A program made the position numbers and the translations under genes. Below are positions 39,632-50,943 of a DNA stretch of 64,000 bases, one piece after another. This DNA is from Desulfatiglandales bacterium. GTDB taxonomy: Bacteria > Desulfobacterota > DSM-4660 > Desulfatiglandales > Desulfatiglandaceae. Position 1 is the stretch's first letter, and each line of letters begins with the position of its first letter. The notes under the pieces were generated by a model. That model was not told the DNA's origin and did no database searches. It was given only the letters and a program-made list of their open reading frames with translations. The DNA lies in NCBI GenBank assembly GCA_963666345.1, contig OY762721.1, positions 1,568,001 to 1,632,000 of the forward strand, written 5' to 3'.

Positions 39632-42625
39632 TTATTTGTCCAGCACCTCTCTTACTTTACGAGCCAATCCTTTCGGCGTAAAAGGTTTTTCGATGAAGTT
39701 CACCCCTTGTTCCAAAACCCCATGATGGGCAATAGCGTCGTCCGTGTATCCCGACATATAAATCACTTTTACCTCCGGCAGTAGTGATTGAAGGCGTTCC
39801 GCCAGCTCCCGACCATTCATCCCGGGCATCACCACATCCGTCACCAACAGGTGAATCGGGCCTTCATGTTCCTCGATAATCCTTAATGCTTGTTCACCGT
39901 CTTCCGCATCCAGGACATTGTATCCATTAGTCTGGAGAATCTTCCGCGCCAATTTTCGAAGGGAACTGTGGTCTTCCACAATCAAAACCGTCTCAGAGCC
40001 CGTTAGTTTGTCCGTTGAAATCTTTTTTTCTTCAACCGATACCGCATCTTTATCCACACTTGGCAGGTAAACCTTAAATGTTGTGCCTTGCCCAGGTTCG
40101 CTATAGGCCCAGATGTAACCATGGCTTTGTTTGACAATCCCATACACAGTGGATAGGCCCAAACCCGTACCGCAGCCTATCCCTTTGGTGGTGAAGAAAG
40201 GATCAAATATGTGGGATTGTATCTCTTTGTCCATACCAATACCAGCATCGCTTATAGCCATCATCACATAAGGGCCTGGCGGATTCTCCACACCATGATC
40301 TTGAAAATAGTCCCCATCCAGATCTACATTTGTTGTCTTAATGGTGATGTTTCCCCCCTTGGGCATCGCGTCCCTTGCGTTGACAACCAGGTTCATGATC
40401 ACTTGCTCCATATGCCCGGTGTCAATTTTCACATTCCATAGTGCAGGATTCAGAATCGTTTCGAGAGTGATGTCCTCTCCAATCAAGCGGCGAAGCATCT
40501 TCTCTAAATCCGGTAATATTTCATTGAGATTAAAGACTATTGGCTGAGTTACCTGCTTACGACTAAAGGCAAGAAGCTGGCGGGTTAAAGATGCTGCACG
40601 CTGCGCAGCCTGTTTAATTTCCTCTGTGTATTCGCGTTTTGGATCATCCTCACTAATTTCCGTCAACAGCATATCGTTATTGCCGATTATGGCGGTCAGC
40701 AAGTTGTTAAAGTCATGGGCAATGCCTCCAGTTAATCTCCCGATGGCTTCCATCTTCTGGGCTTGATGGAATTGCTCTTCGGTCTTCCTGCGCGCGGTGA
40801 CATCGGTGAAGAAACCTACATTGCACTCACGGCCGTTGATGACGGCCGTGGTCGTTTGGACGTCTGCATAGATGATGCTGCCATCTTTCCGGAGGCAGGG
40901 AAGGCCCGGAGCGAGAAGCTTGTCACCACGCTCCTGAGCCTCAAACTCGGCTTGGATATGATCGAGCGACTCCTTAGGGTGGATATCCGTAACACCCAGC
41001 CCCATGAGCACTTCTTTGCTATACCCCAACATCTCACATATGGCTGGATTGCAGTAGCTGAATCTCCGGGTCTCTATGTCTGCCACCAGTATACCCTCAC
41101 TAGCGCCTTCGAAGATTGCCCTGTATCGAACTTCCGCTTCCTTCAGCGCTTCCTCTTTTTCGATCGATGATAGTGCGAATGCAATGTCGCCCGCAATCTC
41201 CTCAAACAACGAAGCCTCTTCCTTGTCGTCGGCGAATTGAATTGGAACGGCAATCCCCATGCAACCGTATCTGCGGTTGCCATGCTTGAGCTCGATGGTG
41301 GTCGCGCAGCGTCCTCCATAAGTGTCCGCCAGAGGGCAATTCCTGCATACGGTAGCAGTATCTTCCATCACGTTCACACCCGATTCGGTTTGGCCATGGC
41401 GAAAACATGGCGGCGTCTCCCCCCGCTTAAACAGGTTCAGCAGTTCGGAGAAGTTGGTGTCGTTATAGCCGGATTGCGCACCCTCGACACGACCGGGCAG
41501 CCCGTCGGTGAGGACGATCCATGCGCCCTGCAGGCTGCGGCGGGTACGCACCAGATTTTCACAGGCCATCCGGATGAGCGGCTTGCGCCGCTTCTCGTGC
41601 ACAATCAGCTGGTTGACGTCTCGGATGGATTTCAACACGCCGTTGATGTGAACAAGGCGGGCCTGAGCACTTTCGCGCTGGATCATGACGCCGAGCTGCC
41701 TCGCGATGTCGTTCACCAGGTCTCTTTCCTCCTTGAAAAACGGTCCCTCGTCCAGCGCAGGCCTTTCCTCTAAGTAGCAGACATCCACCGTCCCGACGGT
41801 CTCCCCCGAGATCACTATGTCGGCGGACTGCTTCCACGGCGTCTCGCTGAAACCCTCGGTCGCGAACTCCCTGCCCTCGAAAACGATCCGGGCGCGAGTT
41901 ATCTCCGGATACTGCAATCCCGGCGGAATCAGGTCCACGGCGACCTTCAGACTCTCGTCGATTGTCTTGCGCGGTTGCGCTACAAGGTCTGAAACGGCAT
42001 AAAGACACTTGATCTCCTTGACGCGCTCCCCCAGCTCGTAGGTTCGCTCTTGAACACGGCTTTCAAGCTCATCTCTCGCTTGTTGCAGCTTCTCGTTCGC
42101 AATTTGGAAATCAAGGTTTCTCTGGAGGGCGGCTTCATAGGTAGAGAGCAGGAGGTCAATCATCTGTACGCGTTCGGAGGTCAAGAAATACTTTTTATCC
42201 CGGAAAATGATTTCAATGCCCATCTGCGAAGAGGCGGTTTTTCTGATTTCCATGTTGGCAAGAATATACCTGATTCGGGAGATGAGAAAATTTTCGTCGT
42301 AAGGCTTAACGATGAAGTTATTGGCCCCGCTAACAAGGCCGTTAATAACGTCCTCGGGGTCGGACAGCGAGGTTAACAGAATCACCGGGATGTCTTTGAG
42401 ATTAACGCTTTCTTTGACGGCCTTGCATAACTCATAGCCGTTCATTTCGGGCATGACAATATCGGAGATAATGATGGTAGGCGTAATTTTTTTCAACACC
42501 TCCAAAGCCTGTTTGCCGTCATTGGCTATAGTCACCTGAAAATGGTTTTTTTCGAGCAGGTATTGGATCTCGACCGCCTGGGTAGGACTGTCCTCGACGA
42601 CCAGGATGTGAATATTATTTTCCAT
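39632..42625 (-). CDS. REC-GAF-PAS hybrid histidine kinase, output of the chemosensory operon
   Basis: N-terminal REC, GAF-like units, GIAHDFNN, GTGLGLS, C-terminal REC; overlaps the end of cheB. Confidence 0.92.
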   Translation of the reverse strand: MENNIHILVVEDSPTQAVEIQYLLEKNHFQVTIANDGKQALEVLKKITPTIIISDIVMPEMNGYELCKAVKESVNLKDIPVILLTSLSDPEDVINGLVSGANNFIVKPYDENFLISRIRYILANMEIRKTASSQMGIEIIFRDKKYFLTSERVQMIDLLLSTYEAALQRNLDFQIANEKLQQARDELESRVQERTYELGERVKEIKCLYAVSDLVAQPRKTIDESLKVAVDLIPPGLQYPEITRARIVFEGREFATEGFSETPWKQSADIVISGETVGTVDVCYLEERPALDEGPFFKEERDLVNDIARQLGVMIQRESAQARLVHINGVLKSIRDVNQLIVHEKRRKPLIRMACENLVRTRRSLQGAWIVLTDGLPGRVEGAQSGYNDTNFSELLNLFKRGETPPCFRHGQTESGVNVMEDTATVCRNCPLADTYGGRCATTIELKHGNRRYGCMGIAVPIQFADDKEEASLFEEIAGDIAFALSSIEKEEALKEAEVRYRAIFEGASEGILVADIETRRFSYCNPAICEMLGYSKEVLMGLGVTDIHPKESLDHIQAEFEAQERGDKLLAPGLPCLRKDGSIIYADVQTTTAVINGRECNVGFFTDVTARRKTEEQFHQAQKMEAIGRLTGGIAHDFNNLLTAIIGNNDMLLTEISEDDPKREYTEEIKQAAQRAASLTRQLLAFSRKQVTQPIVFNLNEILPDLEKMLRRLIGEDITLETILNPALWNVKIDTGHMEQVIMNLVVNARDAMPKGGNITIKTTNVDLDGDYFQDHGVENPPGPYVMMAISDAGIGMDKEIQSHIFDPFFTTKGIGCGTGLGLSTVYGIVKQSHGYIWAYSEPGQGTTFKVYLPSVDKDAVSVEEKKISTDKLTGSETVLIVEDHSSLRKLARKILQTNGYNVLDAEDGEQALRIIEEHEGPIHLLVTDVVMPGMNGRELAERLQSLLPEVKVIYMSGYTDDAIAHHGVLEQGVNFIEKPFTPKGLARKVREVLDK

Positions 42626-43724
42626 GATGCATACCTCCAGATATTTGCCGGATGTTTATCCAGCTTTCCCCTTTATTTACCAGCCCGAGCAGAGCGGGAG
42701 CGATGTTGTCGTAGTGAAGTTCATACATTGCCCCATTGAGTTTGATTGCCTCTCCCCCCATGCCATGGACCAGGGAACTTGCCTGGTCCTGCACGATGGT
42801 AATGGCCCCCCGGTCTCTCATGAGTTTCAAGCCGTCGGCCCCGTCCCGGCCCATGCCGGTAAGCAAAACGCCGACGGCATTGGCGCCATAGACCTCCGCC
42901 ACGCTCCGGAACAGAAACGATATGGAGGGGCAGGAACCGTTTTCCGGCCCGCCCTTGGAAAGAACGATCCGGCCCGAGTTCCTGACCCCCATGTGATAAT
43001 TGTCCGGTGCAAAGTATATGTGTCCCGGAAGCAGCGTCTCTTCATGAGTGGCCAGGTGAATCGGGCAGTCCGCAGTCTGACTGAGCCATTCGATCAAACC
43101 CTCCATAAAGCCGCAGGCAATGTGCTGAACAATCAAAAGGGGAGCGGGGAATGTTCTACCGATTCGGGAAAGTATCGCCTGGAGCACGGGAGGCCCTCCC
43201 GCCGATGCGCCCATGGCGACCACTCTGATTGCCGCGGGACTGACCGTCGGTTTTACGAATAGTGATTCCGGCCTTGGCTCACGTTCCTCAGGTTTTCGTT
43301 TCACAATGGGACGGCGCCGGATGACCTTGATTTCCGACATTAATTTCACGGTTTGAACTAATTCTTTGGCCGAAGATTCATGGTCCGGGTGGTCGAGTCC
43401 CCTGGGTTTATTGGCGAGCGCAACCGCTCCCGCTTCCATGGCGCGGAAGATCACATCAGTGTCTTTGACATTGTGAGACGCGCTCATAATAACGATGGGA
43501 GCGGGATTTCTTTCCATGATGATCCGGGTGGCTTCGAACCCGTCCATTTGCGGCATGTGGATGTCCATCAAAATGACGTCAGGCGGTTTGCGTTGAGATA
43601 ATTCCACCGCCTCTTTGCCGTTATCGGCAATCCCCGTGATCACAATCTCCTTGTCCAAAGACAGCAGATATTTGAGATAGTCCAGAGTGGTTTGGGAATC
43701 GTCAACAATCAATACCTTTATCAT
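42615..43724 (-). CDS. cheB: Chemotaxis methylesterase REC-CheB (WspF-like)
   Basis: REC plus GASAGG, VQHI, TGMGRDG. Confidence 0.93.
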   Translation of the reverse strand: MIKVLIVDDSQTTLDYLKYLLSLDKEIVITGIADNGKEAVELSQRKPPDVILMDIHMPQMDGFEATRIIMERNPAPIVIMSASHNVKDTDVIFRAMEAGAVALANKPRGLDHPDHESSAKELVQTVKLMSEIKVIRRRPIVKRKPEEREPRPESLFVKPTVSPAAIRVVAMGASAGGPPVLQAILSRIGRTFPAPLLIVQHIACGFMEGLIEWLSQTADCPIHLATHEETLLPGHIYFAPDNYHMGVRNSGRIVLSKGGPENGSCPSISFLFRSVAEVYGANAVGVLLTGMGRDGADGLKLMRDRGAITIVQDQASSLVHGMGGEAIKLNGAMYELHYDNIAPALLGLVNKGESWINIRQISGGMHHGK

Positions 43725-43742
43725 CGCGATTTTTCCCCTTCG

Positions 43743-46052
43743 TTATATGAGTTTTTTAATCACATCCAGCAAGTTGCTTTGATCAAAGCTGCTCTTGATA
43801 ATGTAAGCATTGGCGCCTGCATCAATGCCCCGCTCGCGGTCCTCACGGGACTGCAGCGCAGTGACCAGTACCACGGGCAGGTCGGCGAGCTTCTTTTCAG
43901 CCCGGATATTGGAGGTGAGGACAAAGCCGTTCATTCGCGGCATATCCACATCCGAGACCAGCAGGTTGTAATTTTCCTGTTTCAGTTCGGTGAGGGCTTC
44001 GAGGCCGTCCGTCACGGTCTTGACGACGTAGCCGGCGGATTCAAGTATGTTCTTTAAGAGCATTCTCGATGTGATGGAATCCTCGGCCACAAGAATGTTG
44101 ATTTTCTCTCCGGCGGACGCTGACGGTTCGACCCGGGCCTGAAGGGAAGGCGCAACGGCCGCGGACTTGATCAGGTCCGCGACATTAAGGACCGCAACCA
44201 CCTTGCCCGAGCCCAGAATCGCGGCGCCGTAAACGTTTCTGACCCGGGAGAGCTGATTGCCGAGCGGCTTTAAAAGCACTTCCTCCTCGTTGATGACCTC
44301 GTCCACGCCAAAGGCCAGTCGTTTTCCAACGGCCGAAAGGATAATGACCGTGATGAACGAGGCACTGTCATTGTTATTTTCGGTGCGCGGCAGTTCCAGA
44401 ACATCGGCCAGCCGGGCAAAGGACAGGGTACGGCCGTTCAGGGATATGGTTTCTCGGTTTTCCACGGTCCTGACCTTATTGAACCTGATCCGCGCCGCCT
44501 GTTCCACGTTGACGGTGGGAACAATAAACCATTGATCTTCCACCCTGAGCAGCAGACCCCGGAAAGTGGCCAGCGTGATCGGGATGATGATCCTAAACTC
44601 CACGCCCCGGCCGGGTTGGCTTTGGGTGAAATTTTTCCCGCCCAGCTTATCCACCTTCTCCCGCACGATGGCCAGGCCCAGACCGCGGCCCGAAATATCG
44701 GTTACGATCGGGCTGGTGGAAATTTCGGATTCGAAAATCAGGGACATGGCCGCTTCATCATCCATGGCTTGCGCCTGGTCCCCGGAGATGAAGCCCCGTT
44801 TAACCGCGGCTTTTTTGACCTTCTCCAGGTCCACCCCGGCCCCGTCGTCCGCGACCGCAATCTCCACCTTGTTGCCGTTCACCTGTTTGATGGAGACCTT
44901 GATCGTTCCGGTCCCGGGCTTATTCTGTGCAATCCTGGTCTCCGGTTTTTCAATGCCGTGGTCCACGCTGTTTCTTAGAATATGGATGAGCGGGTCCCGC
45001 ATCTCCTCGAGGACGCGCCGGTCGATTTCCACTTCGCTCCCCTCCATGACCAGGCTAACATCTTTTCCCTGATCGCGGGAAAGATCACGGACCAGTTTGG
45101 GGACAGCCTCTAAAAAGGAGGAAAAGGGAAGCATGAGCACTTCTTTCATGTCCTGAACAATCGTATCCACCATGACCCCGACGGATCTTTGGGCCTGCCC
45201 GGATGATTTCACCAGGGTTTGCAGTTTGCCTTCCATGAGCCGCATATGGTTTTGGGCTGAATCAAGGGTGTCAAAGAGGTTCAGGATATATTGCTGCCCG
45301 GTTCTTCCGGAGAAGACCTGCCCATCCTGTTTATCCAGCGCCCGCCGAAGCGCCTGCGTTTCCGGAACGAGCCTGGCCCATTGATTCATAACCTGATCGA
45401 GCATGGATAAAAGTTCCTGAAAATCCTGTCCGGTCTGGCTCGTGATCTGCTTGAGCATGACCATTTCCTGGGCCTCCCGCATGAGGGAGTCAAGCTTATC
45501 AACAGAAATCCTGACAGACCCGGGAAGTGCGTGTCGTTCCATGTCGCTGCCGGATTCAGGACCTGGATGTTCGACAGGCGTTTCTTTTCCGGGCAAGGGC
45601 GAAGCGGCAAGGACCGGGGGCGTTTGATCTGCCGGTAAATTCTCTTCAGCCAGCCCGGCCAGTTGCTTTTTCAGTTCAAAAATCCTGGCGCTGATCTCAC
45701 CGGAACGTTCTTCTTCGGGGAGGGAAAGAAAACCATTGATGGTATCCACGGCCTTATGCAGGAAGTCGAAATTTTCGGGGGTGAGCTCGATTTTCCTGCG
45801 CTTCAAGGCCGCGAAAACACTTTCAAGGCTCTGGAAGATCTTATCGATTTCTCCCATGCCGGCGGAGCGGGCCGCACCTTTGAGGCTGTGGGCTTCGCGG
45901 AAGACCGTTTCCGCGATTTCCAGGTATGCCTCGGGGGATGGCGATTTTTCCAGCTCGATGAGGCGCGCGCTCATGGAGCTTAGGCGCTCCTCGGCTTCAA
46001 GCCGGAAGGCCGCCCGGAGCCTTTTCAGGATATCGTTGTCTTTTTTGTCCAT
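43743..46052 (-). CDS. cheA: CheA-REC hybrid kinase (WspE-like)
   Basis: HPt [28 protein letters not shown], CheW domain, REC. Confidence 0.93.
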   Translation of the reverse strand: MDKKDNDILKRLRAAFRLEAEERLSSMSARLIELEKSPSPEAYLEIAETVFREAHSLKGAARSAGMGEIDKIFQSLESVFAALKRRKIELTPENFDFLHKAVDTINGFLSLPEEERSGEISARIFELKKQLAGLAEENLPADQTPPVLAASPLPGKETPVEHPGPESGSDMERHALPGSVRISVDKLDSLMREAQEMVMLKQITSQTGQDFQELLSMLDQVMNQWARLVPETQALRRALDKQDGQVFSGRTGQQYILNLFDTLDSAQNHMRLMEGKLQTLVKSSGQAQRSVGVMVDTIVQDMKEVLMLPFSSFLEAVPKLVRDLSRDQGKDVSLVMEGSEVEIDRRVLEEMRDPLIHILRNSVDHGIEKPETRIAQNKPGTGTIKVSIKQVNGNKVEIAVADDGAGVDLEKVKKAAVKRGFISGDQAQAMDDEAAMSLIFESEISTSPIVTDISGRGLGLAIVREKVDKLGGKNFTQSQPGRGVEFRIIIPITLATFRGLLLRVEDQWFIVPTVNVEQAARIRFNKVRTVENRETISLNGRTLSFARLADVLELPRTENNNDSASFITVIILSAVGKRLAFGVDEVINEEEVLLKPLGNQLSRVRNVYGAAILGSGKVVAVLNVADLIKSAAVAPSLQARVEPSASAGEKINILVAEDSITSRMLLKNILESAGYVVKTVTDGLEALTELKQENYNLLVSDVDMPRMNGFVLTSNIRAEKKLADLPVVLVTALQSREDRERGIDAGANAYIIKSSFDQSNLLDVIKKLI

Positions 46053-46064
46053 GGCACTTTCCGA

Positions 46065-48023
46065 TCAAGCCGTGATCCGATACCACGACACCAGCTCTTT
46101 TAACTTGCTTCCCAGTTCGGAGATATTATGGGTCGCTGTTTCCATTTGCTTTGCCGCCTCGGCGTTCTGAGCGCTGGCGGTCTTGACGTTTTCCATGGCC
46201 ATCGCCACCTGGTCCATACCCGCTAACTGTTGCTGGCTGGAGGCCGCGATCTGGTTGGCGGCCTGGGCGGCCTCGGTGATGGCGTCAGCCAGGGCCTGGA
46301 TGTTCTCTCCCGACTGGACCGAGAGCTTTGCCCCCGCGTCCACGGTCTTGCTCCCCTCTTCGGTGGCCATCACTGCCTTGCCGGTGGCTTTCTGGATGTC
46401 GTTTAAAATGGCCCGCACCCGCCTGGTGGCCTGCTTGGACTGGTCGGCCAGGGCCTTGATCTCCTGGGCCACCACGGAAAAGCCTTTGCCCTGCTCGCCT
46501 GCCTTCACCGCCTCGATGGAAGCGTTGACCGCCAGGAGGTTGGTCTGCTCGGCCAGGTCGTCCACCGCGGCAATGATCTCGCCGATGGCCTGGCTCTGCT
46601 CGGAAAGCGTAACAATGCTCTCGGCAACCGACTCCATTTTCTGCTTGATGCTGTTCATGCCTTCTATGGTGTCTTCGACGGCCTTCTTGCCTGCCTTGCC
46701 TATCTGTGCAGCCTTTTGCGCGCTCTCGGAAACATATTTGGCCTTTTGGCTGGAGACATTGGTCGTCTGCCGCACTTCCTCGACCGTAGTGGTGGTCTCA
46801 TTGGCGGACACGGCCGTTTCCGAGGCGTTGGAGGCAAGCTGGGTGGTGGTGGCGACGATCTCGGAGGAGGAGACGCTTAACACTTTCACGGCCTCGGTCA
46901 AACCTGTCGCCTGCTTTTTCAGGTTGGCCGCCATCTGGCTCATCGACTCCATCAACTGTCCGATCTCATCATCGCTTTTAATTGCATTGAACTCCCCGCT
47001 CAAATCGCCCGAGGCGATCCGGGTTACCGCCTCCAGGGCCTGGTTCACCGGCCCGGTGATTTGCCGGCTGATCACCAAGGCGAGAACCACGGCGATGACT
47101 ACACTGATAATGGAAAAAATAATGAGGAAAAAAATGGCTCTCGCATTGTTGCTGCTCACCCGGAGGCCGAGCTCTTCCCCATCCTTCACGGCCGATGCCC
47201 TGATGGCTTCCGCCGTGTCGGTGATATTTTCTCCGGCCTTAAACAGCCGGTTCTCGATAGTGTCTTCCCCTTGCTTAATGGCCTTTACTATATCGTCTCT
47301 GGCGGCGAGAAATTTCTTTTTAGTGTCCACGAACGCCTGCAGCGGGGCCTTGTCGCTTTCACCGGTCAGGACCTTCTCCAGGGCCGCGACATTGTCATCC
47401 ATGGCTTTGCCGAATTCTTCGTTGGACCGGGCAAGCGCCGCCTCATCGAGCGTGTCCAGATACTTATAGAGGTATATACGGCCGAGCAGAATATGCATAT
47501 TGATATGGCCGGCAAAATGCGCGGATTTCAGATCCTGCTTATGATATGCCGAATCCATGATGGCGAGGAGGGCCAGGCGCATCTTTACCCCGTTCGGTTC
47601 CAGGGTGTTGGCTCTGATGTCATCGCGGGATTTGGTCAGCCTGGCGATTTCATCGAAGGCATTATGATAGTCATCAAGCAAGGCCTTAATAAATTTCAGT
47701 TTTTCCATTCGTTCGGGATCTTTGATCTCGGTTTCTCCCTTTTTGTATGTTTTCATCAGGTTTTGGAACCCCTGCTCGAAGACCTTGAGATCCTTTTCGC
47801 TGCCGGAGATGACGAAATCCTTGACGCAGATCCTGGTTTGGAGCAGTTCCGCCTCAAGATCACCGGAAAAGCGGGTGATGAGGGCAAAGTTCTGATATTG
47901 ATTGTACCCCTTGCTGGCGCTTTTCAGGCCCCAATAACTGATAACCGAGATCAGGAGCAAAATACAGATCACCACCCCGAACCCGATCATAATTTTTGTT
48001 CCCACCCTGAAATTTTTAAACAT
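46065..48023 (-). CDS. Methyl-accepting chemotaxis protein (WspA-like)
   Basis: Two TM helices, periplasmic helical sensor, [17 protein letters not shown]...GKGFSVVA hairpin. Confidence 0.95.
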   Translation of the reverse strand: MFKNFRVGTKIMIGFGVVICILLLISVISYWGLKSASKGYNQYQNFALITRFSGDLEAELLQTRICVKDFVISGSEKDLKVFEQGFQNLMKTYKKGETEIKDPERMEKLKFIKALLDDYHNAFDEIARLTKSRDDIRANTLEPNGVKMRLALLAIMDSAYHKQDLKSAHFAGHINMHILLGRIYLYKYLDTLDEAALARSNEEFGKAMDDNVAALEKVLTGESDKAPLQAFVDTKKKFLAARDDIVKAIKQGEDTIENRLFKAGENITDTAEAIRASAVKDGEELGLRVSSNNARAIFFLIIFSIISVVIAVVLALVISRQITGPVNQALEAVTRIASGDLSGEFNAIKSDDEIGQLMESMSQMAANLKKQATGLTEAVKVLSVSSSEIVATTTQLASNASETAVSANETTTTVEEVRQTTNVSSQKAKYVSESAQKAAQIGKAGKKAVEDTIEGMNSIKQKMESVAESIVTLSEQSQAIGEIIAAVDDLAEQTNLLAVNASIEAVKAGEQGKGFSVVAQEIKALADQSKQATRRVRAILNDIQKATGKAVMATEEGSKTVDAGAKLSVQSGENIQALADAITEAAQAANQIAASSQQQLAGMDQVAMAMENVKTASAQNAEAAKQMETATHNISELGSKLKELVSWYRITA

Positions 48024-48068
48024 ATTGTTTCCCCCTGTATTTTTTTATTGTCCCGGCAGAATCCTGCC

Positions 48069-48707
48069 TCATGTTTTTACATGTTCGTTCACCACAATAT
48101 TGTTGTCGGACAGGATCGCTGCGGCCTCCAGAATCACCGTGCCCTCCCGGGTGAGGCCTTTTAAATATTTTTCCCTGACCCCGGTCAGGGTCGGGAGGGA
48201 CGATTGCAGGTCGTTTTCGTTCAGGGAAAAGGCGCCGATGATGGAATCGGCGAGGACCCCGAACTCAATATTCTCCCCTTGCAGAATGAGGACCCTGTTC
48301 AAGTCGGCCAGACCTTTTTCCGGAAGATCGAAAAACCGCTTTAAGTCAACGATGGAAATAATCTGCCCCCTCACGTTCATAATTCCGAGCACGAAGGGCG
48401 GCGTGCAGGGCAACGGCGTGAAATTTTTCAGCGGATGGATTTCGCGGACAAAGGAGGACTCGAAGGCATACCTTTCGTAGGCCAGGTCGAACTCGATAAC
48501 TTCGATCATCCTGGCATCCTGATCCCTGCGCTCCGGTTCCCTGGCGAGCTTTCCGGCCCTTTCGCGGAGTGTCCTTCGCCGGTCATCGTCGGTGGGTACA
48601 AAACCCCCCTCCACCACGCGCTGGAACTCTTCCTGTCGCAGGCGAACCGTTTCCCAATCCAGGGCCTTTCGGGGGCCTGGTCCGGAGTCTTTTTTCCCTT
48701 CACCCAT
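48069..48707 (-). CDS. cheW: CheW (WspD-like)
   Basis: LRERA..LA N-terminal extension, TPLPCTPPFVLGIMNVRG. Confidence 0.9.
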   Translation of the reverse strand: MGEGKKDSGPGPRKALDWETVRLRQEEFQRVVEGGFVPTDDDRRRTLRERAGKLAREPERRDQDARMIEVIEFDLAYERYAFESSFVREIHPLKNFTPLPCTPPFVLGIMNVRGQIISIVDLKRFFDLPEKGLADLNRVLILQGENIEFGVLADSIIGAFSLNENDLQSSLPTLTGVREKYLKGLTREGTVILEAAAILSDNNIVVNEHVKT

Positions 48708-50232
48708 TTCCGTTCTCCCGATAGGTTGAGTTGATGATCTCCTTGAGCCTGCCTGCGGTGATGCCTTCCGATTCCGGAAGGACCTGGTCCGGCGCCATCG
48801 CATCCAAAAGCGCAAGGGCGTTCTTATAATTTTTATTCGATTCCTTGAAGCGTTCGGCACTCCGGTTGATATTGGCCAGGGTGAAATGAGCGAGGATAAA
48901 GTCCTGGTCGAGGTAAAGCGACCGCTTCAGGGAGGCCATGGCCGCATCAAGCCGGCCGAGTTCATAGAAGATAATGCCCATCAGGTAATGGAGACCGGGA
49001 TTAAGTTTATCCAGAATCACGGCTTTCTCGCACCATTGTCCGGCTTCGGCCAGCTTTCCCTGGTTGGCCAGAGCCCGGGCCAAGAGGGTTATGGCGTTTA
49101 TATCACTGTTTGAGGAACACAGTTCGATCAGCAGTGCGGCTGCTGCCGGATAAAGGCCCTGGTTATAAAAATCCAGGGCCTGTTCATAAGGATGGTTTTC
49201 CGGCGCCGACAATATAGCGACTTCGGGAGATGGTTGGAGAGGAAAATCAGGCTCAGGTTGCGGCGCAGGGAAAGTAAAGTCGATGTCTAATGGACTTTCT
49301 CCGTGAGTAGCCGGAGCGCACGTGAACTGCGGCTCCGGGACATGCGCTATCTCTTGCCAGGCGGGATATTCAGCGGCCCGCGGACGGGCAAGGTCCTTGC
49401 GATAAAGAACGGCTCCGGGAAAATGGACGGTTACAAAAGGCGGAAAAAATTCATGCGAGACCTCGCAGGGGCTCACGATCAGCCATCCTCCGTCCACGAG
49501 TGCGTCATAGAGCTTCCCGATCACCGAACGGGCGCGCCCGGCTTCAAAATACATGAGAACGTTGCGACAGAAAATAACATCCATGGCATTTGTGTTGCCG
49601 GTAAGCGAGGGGTATGAATCTTCCGCCAGGTTCAGATACGAGAAGTTGACCATCTTCTTGATTAAATGGACAATCCTGTTCCGCGAGTCTTTGTCTTTAA
49701 TAAAGTAATTTTCCCTGATCCACATCGGGGCCTCCCGGAACGACCATTCGCTGTAAACGCCGTTTTCGGCCCTTTTCAAGAAATCCGGGTTGATATCGGT
49801 GCCGAGGATGGTAATGTTCCAGTCTTCGAGGTCGGGAATCAGTTTATGGAGCAGGATGGCGATAGAGTAAGCTTCCTCGCCGGAAGCGCAGCCTGCGCTC
49901 CATAACCGCAAATGCCTGGAGGCGCGACGTTTGCTGACCAGCCCGGGAATGATTTCTTCTTCCATGACTTTAAAGAGGTTGCTGTCCCGGAAGAAGTAGG
50001 TCTCTCCAACCGTGAGGTGACTCGCCAAAACCTCGATCTGGCGCCGGGACAAAGATGAGGAGAGAAGCCAGGTGATACATGCCTCCGCGTCCGCAAAATC
50101 AAACTCCCGGGCCGCGGATATCAGACCGCGTTTGAGGTCGGCAAAGCGTTCCCTCGGAAACGATAAGCCCAGTTGATCGGTGACAAACCGGCTTAGCCTG
50201 GAGAGGTTCTCCTCTGAGATGTTATTGCTCAT
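48700..50232 (-). CDS. cheR: CheR methyltransferase with TPR domain (WspC-like)
   Basis: ETYFFRD, WSAGCASGEEAYS, IFCRNVLMYF; C-terminal TPRs. Confidence 0.93.
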   Translation of the reverse strand: MSNNISEENLSRLSRFVTDQLGLSFPRERFADLKRGLISAAREFDFADAEACITWLLSSSLSRRQIEVLASHLTVGETYFFRDSNLFKVMEEEIIPGLVSKRRASRHLRLWSAGCASGEEAYSIAILLHKLIPDLEDWNITILGTDINPDFLKRAENGVYSEWSFREAPMWIRENYFIKDKDSRNRIVHLIKKMVNFSYLNLAEDSYPSLTGNTNAMDVIFCRNVLMYFEAGRARSVIGKLYDALVDGGWLIVSPCEVSHEFFPPFVTVHFPGAVLYRKDLARPRAAEYPAWQEIAHVPEPQFTCAPATHGESPLDIDFTFPAPQPEPDFPLQPSPEVAILSAPENHPYEQALDFYNQGLYPAAAALLIELCSSNSDINAITLLARALANQGKLAEAGQWCEKAVILDKLNPGLHYLMGIIFYELGRLDAAMASLKRSLYLDQDFILAHFTLANINRSAERFKESNKNYKNALALLDAMAPDQVLPESEGITAGRLKEIINSTYRENGNG

Positions 50233-50680
50233 GTAGTGACTCCGGAGCGCTTTTCAATGCCCTGTTCAGCCCGTTTTCTTCTTCCAGACTGAGAAATTTA
50301 TCCAGATCGTGGATGAGCAAAAGGCCGTCTTCAAGCTTGGCCACGCCATCGATGTATTCAATTCCGGAGACTATATGCTCCGGGGAAATAATATCTTCCC
50401 GGGAATGAAATATCACACCGTCCACGGAATCAGCGATAAGGGCCACGACCCTTTTCCTGGTCCGGGCAAATATGAACCGGTCGGCCAGGTCAATTTCCCG
50501 CGCCGTTAAACCAAAACGCGCGCGTATGTTGACAACCGGAACAACCCGGCCCTGCCAATTCACGACTCCCACCACGATCTCCGGCGCTTTGGGCAACGGG
50601 GTGATTTCTACGGCCCGGACGACTTTCTCCACCACAGACAGATAGAGAGCATAGCCTTGAGCGTCAAGCCTGAACACCAT
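50222..50680 (-). CDS. cheW: CheW (WspB-like)
   Basis: ITPLPKAPEIVVGVVNWQGRVVPVV; start uncertain. Confidence 0.9.
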   Translation of the reverse strand: MVFRLDAQGYALYLSVVEKVVRAVEITPLPKAPEIVVGVVNWQGRVVPVVNIRARFGLTAREIDLADRFIFARTRKRVVALIADSVDGVIFHSREDIISPEHIVSGIEYIDGVAKLEDGLLLIHDLDKFLSLEEENGLNRALKSAPESLHEQ

Positions 50681-50943
50681 AAGCTGGTTTTTATTTATTA
50701 TAGTTATGACGATTTTCCTCCATCTATCAAAAAGATGCCTTCATTCAGTTCACCCTTCAATCAACCCCGGTTGAATATGCTTCGCATTCAACGGGGCAGA
50801 CAATCACCAATCAACAATCCCTGGCCCAGACCCGGCTTTAATGAACGTGACTTCCAGCACTCCAATACTCCATTACTCCGTGAATATTCCCGATTAGCGA
50901 CCCTGAATGGGATTTCCAATACCCAGTACCCAGTACCTAATAC

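Noticed and set aside
46183..48164. Long plus-strand ORFs of 428 and 367 aa
   Set aside because: Antisense shadows of the MCP gene with no recognisable motifs.
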